Assembly (NCBI GenBank): GCA_963785725.1
Contig: CAWAWS010000007.1
Span: 211,186 to 275,185, forward strand
Reading direction: 5' to 3'
Source of the DNA: an uncultured delta proteobacterium
GTDB taxonomy: Bacteria; Myxococcota_A; Polyangia; Palsa-1104
DNA length: 64,000 nt
This document shows positions 21,847 through 34,043 of this stretch, piece after piece. The notes beneath the pieces are model-generated. The model was given only the letters and a program-made list of their open reading frames with translations. It did no database searches and was not told the origin of the DNA. The position numbers and the translations under genes are program-made. Every line of letters begins with the position of its first letter. The first letter of the stretch is position 1.

Positions 21847-23658
21847 TTACTTGCGCAGCGAGACGTAGCCGGCGCCGATGGACGCCAGCGCGTTCATCGC
21901 CAGCCAGATCGCCGGAATGGCGACGGTGCCGGCGATGAGCGCGAACGCCAAGTGCGCGCCGACGCCGAGCGCGAAGCCGGCCGCGATGCGCCGTCCGCGC
22001 GTCGAGCCGTAGAGCAGCAGCATCGCCGACAGCGGCGCCAGCGCCGAATGGAACAGCCACGCACCGGGCGTGCCGAGGACCGCCGGCTCCCACGCCGGGA
22101 AGCCGTGCGCCAAGATCGCGGCCGCCGGCAGGTGAATCAGCTGCGGCAAGAAGAAGAGACCGCTGGCGCCGACGACGAGCGCGCCGAAGCCGCCCGCGCC
22201 AAGACCCAGCGCCAGCATGCCCAACCGACGCAGCCGCAGCATGAGGAGCGCCGCCAGACCGAGCGCGCCCGCCAACTCCAGCCCGCCGTAACCGAGCTGC
22301 GCCTTCTTGACCGCCGCCGCCGCGTCGACGATGCCGGCGCCGTAGCGGTTCTGCTTGTCCTTGGGCGCGATCTTCGGCTGCCGCGCCGTGTCCTTCAGGA
22401 TCTTCTCGACCGCGTCCGGATCGGTCACGCCCTGTCCGACGACGAGCGCGGCCACGCCGGCGATGTGCGGCGACGCCATCGACGTGCCCATGAACCACAA
22501 GTAGTCGTTCCGCGAGATGTCGCCGGGGACGATCGTGTTCTGCAGGACGCCGTCGGGCTGACCGTCGCCGTTCTGGTCGACGCGGGTGTTGCCGCCCGGC
22601 GCCGCGATGTCGATCTCTTTGCCCCAGTTCGAGTAGAAGGTCGTCGTCTCGTCGAACTGCGTGGAGGCGACGGCGATGGCGTGCGGATAGGCCGCCGGGT
22701 AGCTGACCTTGCCGCGGCCGTCGTTGCCGGCGGCGCAGACGACGACGACGCCTTTGTCGTGCGCGTATTTGACGGCTTTGGCGAGCACCGACGAGGCCAT
22801 CGGACCGCCGAGCGACATGTTGATGACCTTGGCGCCGTGATCGGCGGCCCAGCGGATGCCGTTGGCGATGCCGCTCACCGAGCCCGAGCCGCGCGCCGAG
22901 AGCACCTTGATCGGCATGATCTTGGCGTGGAACGCGACGCCGGCGACGCCGATGCCGTTGTGCGTCGACTGCGCGATGGTGCCCGCGACGTGCGTGCCGT
23001 GGCCGTGATCGTCGGCGGCGTTGGCGGTGTCGTTGACGAAGTTCCAGCCGCCGATGATCTGTCCGTCGGCGAGATCGGGCACCTTGGCGACGCCGGTGTC
23101 GATGACGGCGACGATGACGCCGTCGCCCTGCGCCGCTTTCCAGGTGTCGACCATGTGGATCTGGTGCAAGTGCCACTGCTGGTTGAAGCGCGGATCGTTG
23201 GGGAAGTCCTTGTGCTGCACGACGTTGTCGCCGTCGGCGATGGCTTCGTCGGCGGCGTCGAGCGCGTCCTCGGGCAGGCCGTAGACGAACTCGAAGTCGG
23301 CGGCCTCGACGTCGCTGTTGGCGCGCAGCGTGGCCAAGACGCGCGCGGCGTCGCCGGTCGCGACGGTGTAGATCTCGTTGACGTCGACTTCGCTCTTGGC
23401 GGCCGGCGTGAAGGTCACGCCCAGCTGCTTACCGAGCGCCGCGATGCGGTCGTGCGGCTCGTCGTCGCGGAAGTCGACGACCAGCTCGCCCGGAATGGCG
23501 TTGGCAGCGCCTTCGTCGTCGAGCTGCGCGACGGGGACGACGTCAGTGTGGTTGGACGTTAGGGCCTGGTCTCGTCCGCGGCGCGATCGCCACACGAGCG
23601 CCAAGCCGACGAGGATCAACAGCACGATCAGACGCGTGGTGCGGGTCTTCTTGAGCAC
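21847..23658 (-). CDS. S8 (subtilisin) family serine peptidase with N-terminal anchor and C-terminal polytopic membrane region
   Basis: Catalytic triad contexts VAVIDTGV, HGHGTHVAGTIA, GTSMASPHIAGVAAL. An inhibitor-I9-like propeptide is present. The last ~180 aa contain about 6 hydrophobic helices. Confidence 0.85.
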   Translation of the reverse strand: MLKKTRTTRLIVLLILVGLALVWRSRRGRDQALTSNHTDVVPVAQLDDEGAANAIPGELVVDFRDDEPHDRIAALGKQLGVTFTPAAKSEVDVNEIYTVATGDAARVLATLRANSDVEAADFEFVYGLPEDALDAADEAIADGDNVVQHKDFPNDPRFNQQWHLHQIHMVDTWKAAQGDGVIVAVIDTGVAKVPDLADGQIIGGWNFVNDTANAADDHGHGTHVAGTIAQSTHNGIGVAGVAFHAKIMPIKVLSARGSGSVSGIANGIRWAADHGAKVINMSLGGPMASSVLAKAVKYAHDKGVVVVCAAGNDGRGKVSYPAAYPHAIAVASTQFDETTTFYSNWGKEIDIAAPGGNTRVDQNGDGQPDGVLQNTIVPGDISRNDYLWFMGTSMASPHIAGVAALVVGQGVTDPDAVEKILKDTARQPKIAPKDKQNRYGAGIVDAAAAVKKAQLGYGGLELAGALGLAALLMLRLRRLGMLALGLGAGGFGALVVGASGLFFLPQLIHLPAAAILAHGFPAWEPAVLGTPGAWLFHSALAPLSAMLLLYGSTRGRRIAAGFALGVGAHLAFALIAGTVAIPAIWLAMNALASIGAGYVSLRK

Positions 23659-23748
23659 GACAGGCCTCCGCTATCTCGATTATATACGCCGTTTCCCAGC
23701 CGCGCCTCCCCCATTTGGCTGGTTTGGAGAGGCATGGCGCACGTTTGC

Positions 23749-25132
23749 CTACAAAAGGACGCGTTCGTCGTCTTCTACGAGCAGATCTTCATTGATGACC
23801 TCGGCGTCGCGCAGGCGCTCCTCGGTCAAGGTCTCGAAGAAGGCGCGCAGCTCGGGCAGCGCCGCCATCAGTCGCTCGAAGTATTCGCGCGCCAAGAAGA
23901 GCACGGTCGACTGGCGAGCGGCGCGCACGGTGGCCATCGCCGGCGTGCCGCGCACGAGGGCGATCTCGCCGAAGACGTCGCCGGTGCGCAAGGTCGCCAG
24001 CGTCGTCTCGAAGGGCTCGTCGCCTTGGACGACCTCGACTTCGCCCGACAGCACGACGTAGAGGCCGCGACCGGGATCGCCCTCGCGGATGAGCTCGGTG
24101 CCGGGCGCCACATCGTGGCCGGTGAAGCGGCGCGCCAAGTCCACGCGCTGCGGCGGCGAAAACGGGCGGAACAGCGGCGACGTCGCCAGCAGGTTCTTGA
24201 GCAGCCGCTCGCGCGTGAAGCGGTCGAGCGCCTCGGCCAGCTGCGGCAGCTCCTCGGCTGCGGCCCGTAGCGCGTCGGCGCCGAGCTCGAGCAGATCGGC
24301 CTCGCCCACCACCTCCACCGACGCGGCGCGCGGCTGCGCGGCGACCAACGCCAGCTCGCCGAAGATGGCGCCTTCGCCGAGCCGCGCCAGCTCCGTCTGC
24401 TTGCCGAGCGCGTCGCTGTTGTAGACGCGAACGTGGCCGGCCGCGACGAGGAAGAAGCTCGTGCCCGGCTCGCCTTCGCGGACGACGGCCTCGCCGTGAT
24501 GCAGAGCGGGTCACGCGCACCGTCGACAACACGCGGGCGAAGGCGGCCGGCTGCAGCTCCGACAAGAGCGGCACGGGCGGAAACAGCGCCGGGAATTCGT
24601 TCAGGCTCGTCGTCGACGACGCGACTTCGGCGGCCGATTGCGCGGCGGCCGCAGGATCGGCTTCGTCGGTCATGACCGGCGCCGGCACGTCGGTCGCGGG
24701 ATCGGGCGGCGCCAAGCGTCCGCCGCGACCGCCCGGCTCTTCACCCGCGGCACGGCGTTTCCCGTCTACGGCCGGATCCTCGCTGGCGGGCCGGCGACGA
24801 TTGTCGACGATCTTGGGCGAGCCGAGGCCGTACAGCTGCGCCAGCGACTCCTGCAGCGCGACGACGTCGGCGCCGAGCGAGTGCAACGCTTGCGCAGCCA
24901 CGAGCGCGTGTAACGGTCGGCCGCCTTGTAGATCGTAGAAGGCCACGGCCGCGTAGACGCGCCGCGCCAGATCGTGCTGCCGTGCGGTCACGCACAGGTC
25001 GGCCACTTTCATGCGCGCATCGAGGTCGGACGGCACCGCGCGCAAGATCGCCTCGTACAGCCGGAAGGCGCGGCCGAGGTCGCCCAGCACCAGGTAACGC
25101 AACGCTTGAGTCTTGAGCTCGACGAGCTGCAT
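23749..25132 (-). pseudogene. TPR-like N-domain + two cyclic-nucleotide-binding domains, frame interrupted by an apparent 1-nt insertion near 24511
   Basis: Upstream frame: MQLVELKTQALRYLVLGDLGRAFRLYE...FARVLSTVRV. Downstream frame: PALHHGEAVVREGEPGTSFFLVAAGHVRVY...FGELAL... then a second cNMP domain ...GEVEVVQGD...GDVFGEIALV. The span of 1384 nt is 3n+1. Confidence 0.8.
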
Positions 25133-25193
25133 GCGCTGCAGGATATTCGAATTCGCGTCCGTCTGGAAAAGTCGGATATACTGCGGACGCCGA

Positions 25194-26447
25194 ATGTCCG
25201 CGAAGAAGACGTGCGTCTCCTGCGGCAAGCAGATCCCGAGCGTCGCGCTCGTGTGCGTCTTCTGCTCGGCCGCGCAGCCGGAAGCCTCCGCCAGCGACAC
25301 GGCGACGGCACCGCAAGCGGCCGCAGCAACCGACGCCGCGCCGACGGTCGAGATCGCCTCGTCGTCTAATTCCGGGCGTCATCACACCGACCCGACGCTG
25401 CTCGGGATCCGCGCCGAAGACGTGCGCGCGATGGCCGCGGCGCAAGCGGCCGAGGCGGCTGCGGCGCCGTCGAGCAACGGCACGCCGGCTGCGGTACGAC
25501 CGACGGCGGCGATGGCGGCGGTCGTCCTGCCCGAGCCCGAGGTCGCGGCCGAAGCGCCGGCGCGGGTCGATGCCGGCGCCGGCCAAACGATCACGATCGA
25601 CGAAGAGACGCCGGCGACGGCCGTCGACTCCGAGCCCAGCCAGCCGACGATCGATCCGGTGCCGCTGCCGATCACGCGCCGCTCGCCGGTCTACGTCGGT
25701 GAGCCGTGGGCCGGGCTCGGTCGCGTCATCATGGGCATCGGCGGCGCCGTCCTGGTCGCGCTCTTTTTCTGTCCCTGGCATGGCGTGTCCTCGTGGCAGC
25801 TCTTGGAGACGCTGGCGGGCGCCGATTTCGTGCGTCAGCTGTTCTATTTGACCGGCGGCATCGTGCTCTTGGCGACCGCGATCTTGCCGCTGCCGTTCCT
25901 GTTCCGCGCCGGCGTCGGCACCTTCGTGGCCGCGCTGCCGGTGCTGCTCGGCGCCAACGGTGTCCTCGACGGCTGGCGCGGCGTCGTCGCGGCGCTCGCC
26001 GTGCTCGGCCTGCCGGCGACGCATCTGTTGCGTTCGCGGGCGCGCGCTTCGTCGCTGGCGCGCCTGTTGGTCATGGCCGCCGTCGCTGCCGTCGTGCTGC
26101 TTTATCTGGCGCCGATGTCGTCGGTGGTGCCGATCGTGTTCGTCATCAAGATGATCTGCTCGGGCTCGCTCGGCTACGCGGTGCTGGGCCTGTTCGTGCT
26201 CATTCCGCTCTTGTTCGCGGGCCTGTCGCTGCTCGGCGTCATGGGTCGCGATCTGACGGAGATCGGCGTGCTCTTGTCGGTGCTGATCTTGCTCTGGGCG
26301 CCGGTGACGGTGGCCTTGCGCGGGCTCATGATCGACGACGGCACGCAGCTGTATGTCGCGCTGGCGCTGTTGTGGGCGTCGGCGACGGCGGCTTTGTCGC
26401 TGGCGCAGCTCCTGTCGGTCGCGGCGGCGCGCGCGCAGAGCTCGTGA
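25194..26447 (+). CDS. N-terminal zinc-ribbon, polytopic membrane protein
   Basis: MSAKKTCVSCGKQIPSVALVCVFCSAAQ (CxxC...CxxC), an Ala/Pro-rich linker, then about 8 hydrophobic helices. Confidence 0.6.
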   Translation: MSAKKTCVSCGKQIPSVALVCVFCSAAQPEASASDTATAPQAAAATDAAPTVEIASSSNSGRHHTDPTLLGIRAEDVRAMAAAQAAEAAAAPSSNGTPAAVRPTAAMAAVVLPEPEVAAEAPARVDAGAGQTITIDEETPATAVDSEPSQPTIDPVPLPITRRSPVYVGEPWAGLGRVIMGIGGAVLVALFFCPWHGVSSWQLLETLAGADFVRQLFYLTGGIVLLATAILPLPFLFRAGVGTFVAALPVLLGANGVLDGWRGVVAALAVLGLPATHLLRSRARASSLARLLVMAAVAAVVLLYLAPMSSVVPIVFVIKMICSGSLGYAVLGLFVLIPLLFAGLSLLGVMGRDLTEIGVLLSVLILLWAPVTVALRGLMIDDGTQLYVALALLWASATAALSLAQLLSVAAARAQSS

Positions 26448-27075
26448 TCGTCGGCCGCTCCGTCGAGGGGCGCGCCATCGAGGCGGTCGACCTCGGCTCC
26501 GGCGACGTGGGCGCGCTCGTCTTCGGCGCCATCCACGGCGACGAGCCGGGCGCGGCCGAGCTGTGCCACCGCTTCGTCAATCGGTTGCGGCGCGGGTCGC
26601 CGCCGGCGCGGACGATCGTCGTGCCCGTCGCCAACCCCGACGGGCTCGTGCGCGCGACCAAGAACAACGCCCACGACGTCGATCTCAACCGCAATTTCCC
26701 GGCGCAGAACTGGGTGCGCGAGCATAAGCCGGGCTACGATCCGGGCGCGCAGCCGCTGTCGGAGCCGGAGTCGCAGGCGCTGGCCGCGCTCATCGAACGC
26801 CTACAGCCGCGCGTGCTCGTGGCCGTGCATCAGCCGCTGCACTGCGTGAACTGGGACGGTCCGGGGCAGGCGCTGGCCGAGGAGATGGCGCGCTTGTCGG
26901 GCTATCCCGCCGTCGCCAGCGTCGGCTATCCGACGCCGGGCTCGTTCGGGTCGCGCTACGGCGTCGACGAGCAGCGCGTCGTCATCACGCTCGAGCTGCC
27001 GCGCCCGGTGCTCGACGCCGATTGGGAGACGTGCCAGGCCGCGCTCCTCTACGCGGCCGCTTATCGCGCCGGACC

Positions 27076-27079
<4 letters not shown>
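26444..27079 (+). CDS. M14 family zinc carboxypeptidase-like protein (MpaA/gamma-D-Glu-DAP amidase-like)
   Basis: GRSVEGRAIEAV...FGAIHGDEPG (HxxE zinc motif)...NPDG...DLNRNFP...SEPE. GTG start overlaps the upstream stop (GTGA). No signal peptide. Confidence 0.7.
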
Positions 27080-28461
<1,382 letters not shown>

Positions 28462-28557
28462 TGACGCGCTGCAGAACGACAAGTTACAAAGATCTTACGC
28501 TCCGCACACGCACTCGACTCCGCGCCTGCCGTAATTAGATGGTGCCGGAGGTGGATT

Positions 28558-28686
28558 ATGCGATTTTGGGCGGACTACACATTGGGGCTGGCGATCGTCT
28601 TGTTTCATCTCGTCGCGATCTCGCTGCGCGGCGAAGAGCTGCAGCTGTCCGAGCACAGCGACGTGCTCGACCCCTCCGAAGCTTAA
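28558..28686 (+). CDS. small (42 aa) single-TM protein, below the ORF-track cutoff
   Basis: ATG 28558 is preceded by a strong SD GGAGGTGGA (28547-28555). MRFWADYTLGLAIVLFHLVAISLRGEELQLSEHSDVLDPSEA*. TAA at 28684-86. Confidence 0.4.
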   Translation: MRFWADYTLGLAIVLFHLVAISLRGEELQLSEHSDVLDPSEA

Positions 28687-29546
28687 AACCCTAGGAATGG
28701 ACGGCCGCGGCCGACGGCGCGGGCTTCGGCGATGCGCACGCGGACGCGGCTACAGGCGCCGCTGACGGCTTCGCGCATGGGGGTGCCGAACGCCAAGCGG
28801 CAGGCGATCTCCGACGCCAGCGCACAGCCGGTGCCGTGCGGCGTGACGCCTTCGACGCGCTCGCCGCGGATGATCTCCTGACCTTCTTCGTCGACGAGCA
28901 CATCGAACATCTCGTGCGTCGTGTGCGGCAAGTGGCCGCCTTTGGCGAGCACGGCGCGCGGTCCGAACGTGCGCAAACGACGCGCGGACTCGGCCATCGC
29001 GTCCGGATCTTCGGCGACGTGACGCGCGGTCAAGACGGCCAGCTCGTCGAGGTTGGGCGTCACGACCGTCGCCATCGCCAACAGCGGCGCCAGCGCTTGC
29101 ATGGCGTTGCCTTCGAGCAGCGGGATGCCGCGCGTCGCCTTCAACACCGGGTCGACGACGATGGGCACGTGGCTCTCGGCCAGGCGGCGCAGGGCCTTGG
29201 CGACGGCCGTGGCCATCTCGGCGTTGCCGAGCATGCCGATCTTGACGCCGCGAATCTCGAAGTCGTCGACGAGGCGCGCGATCTGGTTCGACACCATCGA
29301 GACGTCGGCCGGATGCATCCACGAGCACATGACCGAGTCCTGCTCGGTGAGCGCGGTCACGATGCCGGCGACGTGAAAGCCATGCTGCATCACGACGTGC
29401 GCGTCGGCGAGGATGCCGGCGCCGCCCGATGGATCGAGCCCGGCGATGACCAAGACCGACGCCTGCTGCACCGGTCCGCGGACGATGCGCCGCGTATCGG
29501 ACGGCGCCATCTCTTCCCAGGCGCCGGGCGCGTTCGGCTCTCGCAT
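28683..29546 (-). CDS. thiD: hydroxymethylpyrimidine/phosphomethylpyrimidine kinase
   Basis: VLVIAGLDPSGGAGILAD, GVKIGMLG, VVDPVL, VVTPNLDE, LAKGGHL, HGTGCALAS motifs. The start is uncertain (ATG 29546 or 29510). Confidence 0.88.
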   Translation of the reverse strand: MREPNAPGAWEEMAPSDTRRIVRGPVQQASVLVIAGLDPSGGAGILADAHVVMQHGFHVAGIVTALTEQDSVMCSWMHPADVSMVSNQIARLVDDFEIRGVKIGMLGNAEMATAVAKALRRLAESHVPIVVDPVLKATRGIPLLEGNAMQALAPLLAMATVVTPNLDELAVLTARHVAEDPDAMAESARRLRTFGPRAVLAKGGHLPHTTHEMFDVLVDEEGQEIIRGERVEGVTPHGTGCALASEIACRLAFGTPMREAVSGACSRVRVRIAEARAVGRGRPFLGF

Positions 29547-29661
29547 CACCTGTCTTCGCCTGGGCGCATTGGGTCCCGAGTCTAACATCGAGTAACCGCG
29601 AGCGGAACGCGTGATGGGGGTCATTTCCGCGCCGGGCCGGAAGGCCGCATTCTGTGTTAAA

Positions 29662-30302
29662 ATGCTGGCTTCGATGGGTTCCTCGCGCCGTACGGCGGTC
29701 CTATTCGCTCTTCTCCTCGTCAGCGGCGCGGCGCGTGCGCAGTCCCAGGACGACCTGGCGCGGGCCAAGACCCATTACGAGGCCGGCCACGCGCTCTACA
29801 ACTTGGGTAATTACACGGAAGCGCAGCGCGAGTTCGCGGCCGGCTACCAGCTGGTGCCGCGGCCGGGCTTCTTGCTGAACCTGGGACAGTGCGCGCGCAA
29901 GCTGGGGAATTTGCAGCACGCCAAAGAGATGTATCAGCGCTTCTTGGGCGCGGTGCCGGCCAATGATCCGCAGCGCGTCGAGGCGACTCAGGTGTTGGCC
30001 GAGCTCGACAAGCAGCTGGCCGAGCAGCCGGTCGTGACGCCGACGCCGCCCGAGGTCAAGCCGGCCGTGGCGCATCCGGTCGCGCCCGAAGCGACGACGC
30101 CGGCGATCGTCACGCCGGCGGCGCTGTCGTTGACGGCGTCGCCGCCGCCGCGCAAGTCGTGGATCAAGCGCAACTGGTGGGTCATTCCCGTCGGTGCGGT
30201 CGTCGTCGGCGTGGGCGTCGGGCTCGGCGTTTACTACGGCACCAAGCCGGCCGGCGCGTGCAAGAGCGGTGACTTAGCCTGTTGGAACTTGTCGAATCCG
30301 CA

Positions 30303-30306
<4 letters not shown>
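29662..30306 (+). CDS. signal peptide + short TPR-like domain + Pro-rich linker + C-terminal TM anchor protein (paralog of 7103-7717)
   Basis: AKTHYEAGHALYNLGNYTEAQREFAAGYQLVPRPGFLLNLGQCARKLGNL...SPPPRKSWIKRNWWVIPVGAVVVGVGVGLGVYY. The start is ATG 29662 or 29674. Confidence 0.65.
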
Positions 30307-31850
<1,544 letters not shown>

Positions 31851-31861
31851 GCGCGCTCGCT

Positions 31862-32644
31862 TCAGCCGCGCGTCAGGTGAATCGAGCCGCCGCCGGTGCG
31901 CATGTCGAGCGAGCCGGCGCTGCCGTCGCCGATGCGGCCGCGAAAGCTCTGGCGATCTTGGTCGGGCTGCAACCCGAAGTCGTTGTTGGCGCTGCCGCCG
32001 CCGGTCTCGGCGTCGACGTTCAAGCGGCTGTCGCCGGGAATGCAGACGTGGATGCTGCCGCCGCCGGTCTCGACTTTGTTGCGGCCGGAGAGCGTGCCGT
32101 CCACCTTGATGCCGCCGCCGCCGGTCTCGATGTCGATGCTGCCGGCGATGTGACGCGCCTCCACGCTGCCGCCGCCGGTGCGCAACCGCAAGTCGCCGCG
32201 CGAATCGGCGATGAGGATGGAGCCGCCGCCGGTCTCGACGTGGATGCCGCCGGAAAAGCCGGTGGCGTCGACCTGGCCGCCGCCGGTGCGCACGTCAATC
32301 TTGGCGTCGGCGGGCGCAGTGATGCGGAAGTCGACGCTGCGGCCGTTGTTGCCCCAGTCGTGCGCCTGTTTGTAGTGGATGACGACTTTGTTGCCGTCGA
32401 GGCGGGCGCCGGCGTCGAGCTTGCGCGCCTCGTCGTCGCTGTTGGCTTTGCGCTCGGCCTCGACGCGCACGACGCCGGCCGGGCCGGTCACGAGGGTGAC
32501 GCCGCCGCCGTCGCTGGCGACGTTGATGACGCTGTGCGCGCCGACCTTGAACTCGTCCTTGGTGACGACCGTCGAGTGCGCGGCGGCGACGGCGCTGAGG
32601 CCGAGGCTCATGGTGACGATCGAGAAAAGCGGAATCTGGCGCAT
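31862..32644 (-). CDS. DUF4097-like (putative adhesin, beta-helical) secreted protein
   Basis: SD AAGGAG before ATG 32644 and a signal peptide. Eight-fold repeated (T/R)GGG(S/Q)(I/V) strand motif (VRTGGGQVDA, VETGGGSILI, LRTGGGSVEA, IETGGGGIKV ...). Confidence 0.6.
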   Translation of the reverse strand: MRQIPLFSIVTMSLGLSAVAAAHSTVVTKDEFKVGAHSVINVASDGGGVTLVTGPAGVVRVEAERKANSDDEARKLDAGARLDGNKVVIHYKQAHDWGNNGRSVDFRITAPADAKIDVRTGGGQVDATGFSGGIHVETGGGSILIADSRGDLRLRTGGGSVEARHIAGSIDIETGGGGIKVDGTLSGRNKVETGGGSIHVCIPGDSRLNVDAETGGGSANNDFGLQPDQDRQSFRGRIGDGSAGSLDMRTGGGSIHLTRG

Positions 32645-32660
32645 GCGCGGCTCCTTTAGA

Positions 32661-33689
32661 ATGGCTGCCTCCGGTCGTGACCGGGCGCGGGCGCTGGTTT
32701 CAGCGTTTTTGCTGCTGGCGGTGCCGACCGTCGCCGCCGCGGACCCGGTGACGCTGCGCATGTCGACGATCGCGCCCGTCGGCAGCGGCTGGGCGCGCGA
32801 GCTGGCCGCCTTCGCGCGCGACGTCGAGGCCTCCACCGACGGCAGCGTCCGCGTCAAAGTCTACTACGGCGGGATCGCCGGCGACGAGTTCGAGGTCCTC
32901 GAACGCATCAAGCGCGATCAGCTCGACGGCGCCATCGGCTCGGAGATGTGCGTGCGCGTCGCGCCGTCGATGCGGGTGACGCGTATCGTCGGCATGTTCG
33001 CCAGCCGCGAGGAGTCGGCCTACGTCGTGACGCGGTTGAAGCCGCTGCTCGACCAGGAGTTCCTGCGCGCCGGCTTCATCAACCTGGGCGAAGCGACGCT
33101 CGGCCCCGAAGTGCTGTTCACACGCACGCCGGTGCACGACATGGCGGAGCTGCGGCGGCTCAAGCTGTGGATCTGGGACCTCGACGGCGCGCTGGCGACG
33201 CAATCGGAGGCGCTCGGGCTGCACGTGCAAGCCGCGCCCATCGAAAAGGCGGCGCGCCTCTACGACGAGCGCGCCGTCGACGGGTTCATCGCGATTCCGA
33301 CGGGCGCGCTGGCGTTTCAGTGGTCGGCGCAAGTTCGCTATCTGGAGACGCTGCGCCTGAGCTATCGCAACGGCTGCCTCATCTATTCGAGCCGCGCCTT
33401 CGACGCGCTCGGCATCGAGCAGCAGCGCATCGTGCGCTCGGCGGCGGCCAAGCTGCGGGCGCGCATCGACGACTTGAGCGCGCGCCAAGACGACGCGCTG
33501 CTCGGCGGCCTGTTGGCGCGCCAAGGCCTGTCGGCAGTGCCGGTGAGCGAGCAGTTTCGCTTCGAGTTCTTCGACGCCGCGCGCGACACGCGACAGCGGC
33601 TGGGCGCGAAGGTCGTGTCCGCGCAGCTGCTCGATCAAGTGCTCAGCTGGCTGGCCGACTATCGCGCCGAGCATCAACGGCCGCAATGA
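32661..33689 (+). CDS. orphan TRAP-type (DctP family) periplasmic solute-binding protein
   Basis: Signal peptide MAASGRDRARALVSAFLLLAVPTVAAA. VKVYYGGIAGDEFEVLERIKRDQLDGA and AVDGFIAIPTGALAFQW resemble DctP. No dctQ/dctM genes are nearby. Confidence 0.55.
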   Translation: MAASGRDRARALVSAFLLLAVPTVAAADPVTLRMSTIAPVGSGWARELAAFARDVEASTDGSVRVKVYYGGIAGDEFEVLERIKRDQLDGAIGSEMCVRVAPSMRVTRIVGMFASREESAYVVTRLKPLLDQEFLRAGFINLGEATLGPEVLFTRTPVHDMAELRRLKLWIWDLDGALATQSEALGLHVQAAPIEKAARLYDERAVDGFIAIPTGALAFQWSAQVRYLETLRLSYRNGCLIYSSRAFDALGIEQQRIVRSAAAKLRARIDDLSARQDDALLGGLLARQGLSAVPVSEQFRFEFFDAARDTRQRLGAKVVSAQLLDQVLSWLADYRAEHQRPQ

Positions 33690-33707
33690 CGCGGCTATAA
33701 TGGTCGC

Positions 33708-34034
33708 ATGCGTAACCTAATCTTCGGTCTCTTCGTGCTCGCCGGCTGTGGTCAGAGCGTGGCCGACAAATGCAGCTCGGTGAACGACCAGGTCGCCCAG
33801 ATCATCGCGTTGGCGCAGACCTGCACGACCGCCTCCGATTGCGTGACGGTCACCGGCACCTGCGCCGAGGCGGATCAGTGCGGCGTCACCGTCAACATGG
33901 CCAACGCCGCCAAGCTCAGGCCGCTCGACGCCGATTGGACCGTCGACGGCTGCAGTCAGGGCACCGGCTGCACGCAGTGTCCCGAGCCGGTCACGCCGGT
34001 GGCCTGCACCAACGGCGTCTGCACCGGCGGCTAA
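33708..34034 (+). CDS. small Cys-rich lipoprotein
   Basis: MRNLIFGLFVLAGC is a perfect lipobox. The mature 94-aa part has 10 further Cys residues. Confidence 0.6.
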   Translation: MRNLIFGLFVLAGCGQSVADKCSSVNDQVAQIIALAQTCTTASDCVTVTGTCAEADQCGVTVNMANAAKLRPLDADWTVDGCSQGTGCTQCPEPVTPVACTNGVCTGG

Positions 34035-34043
34035 ACGACGCGC

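Noticed and set aside
24505-24516. The TGA at the cNMP-protein junction considered as a selenocysteine codon, given selB in the window.
   Set aside because: The TGA is not in the frame of the upstream coding sequence. A frame change is still required to join the two halves, so Sec read-through cannot explain the split.
28541-28556. TGGTGCCGGAGGTGGA upstream of the 42-aa ORF considered as a second sigma-54 promoter.
   Set aside because: It has the -24 GG but lacks the -12 GC element at the correct spacing. The sequence is better explained as the Shine-Dalgarno region.
29547-29661. Possible TPP riboswitch in the thiD upstream region.
   Set aside because: On the minus strand there is no CUGAGA / ACCUGAUCUGGAUAAUGCCAGCG-like core. 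The 115-bp region is shared with a divergent gene.
32643-32645. ATG at 32643 as the start of the DctP-like gene. It would overlap the divergent gene's ATG on GCATGC.
   Set aside because: ATG 32661 gives a cleaner signal peptide (MAASGRDRARALVSAFLLLAVPTVAAA). The earlier start adds MRGSFR with no SD. It is kept as a possibility only.
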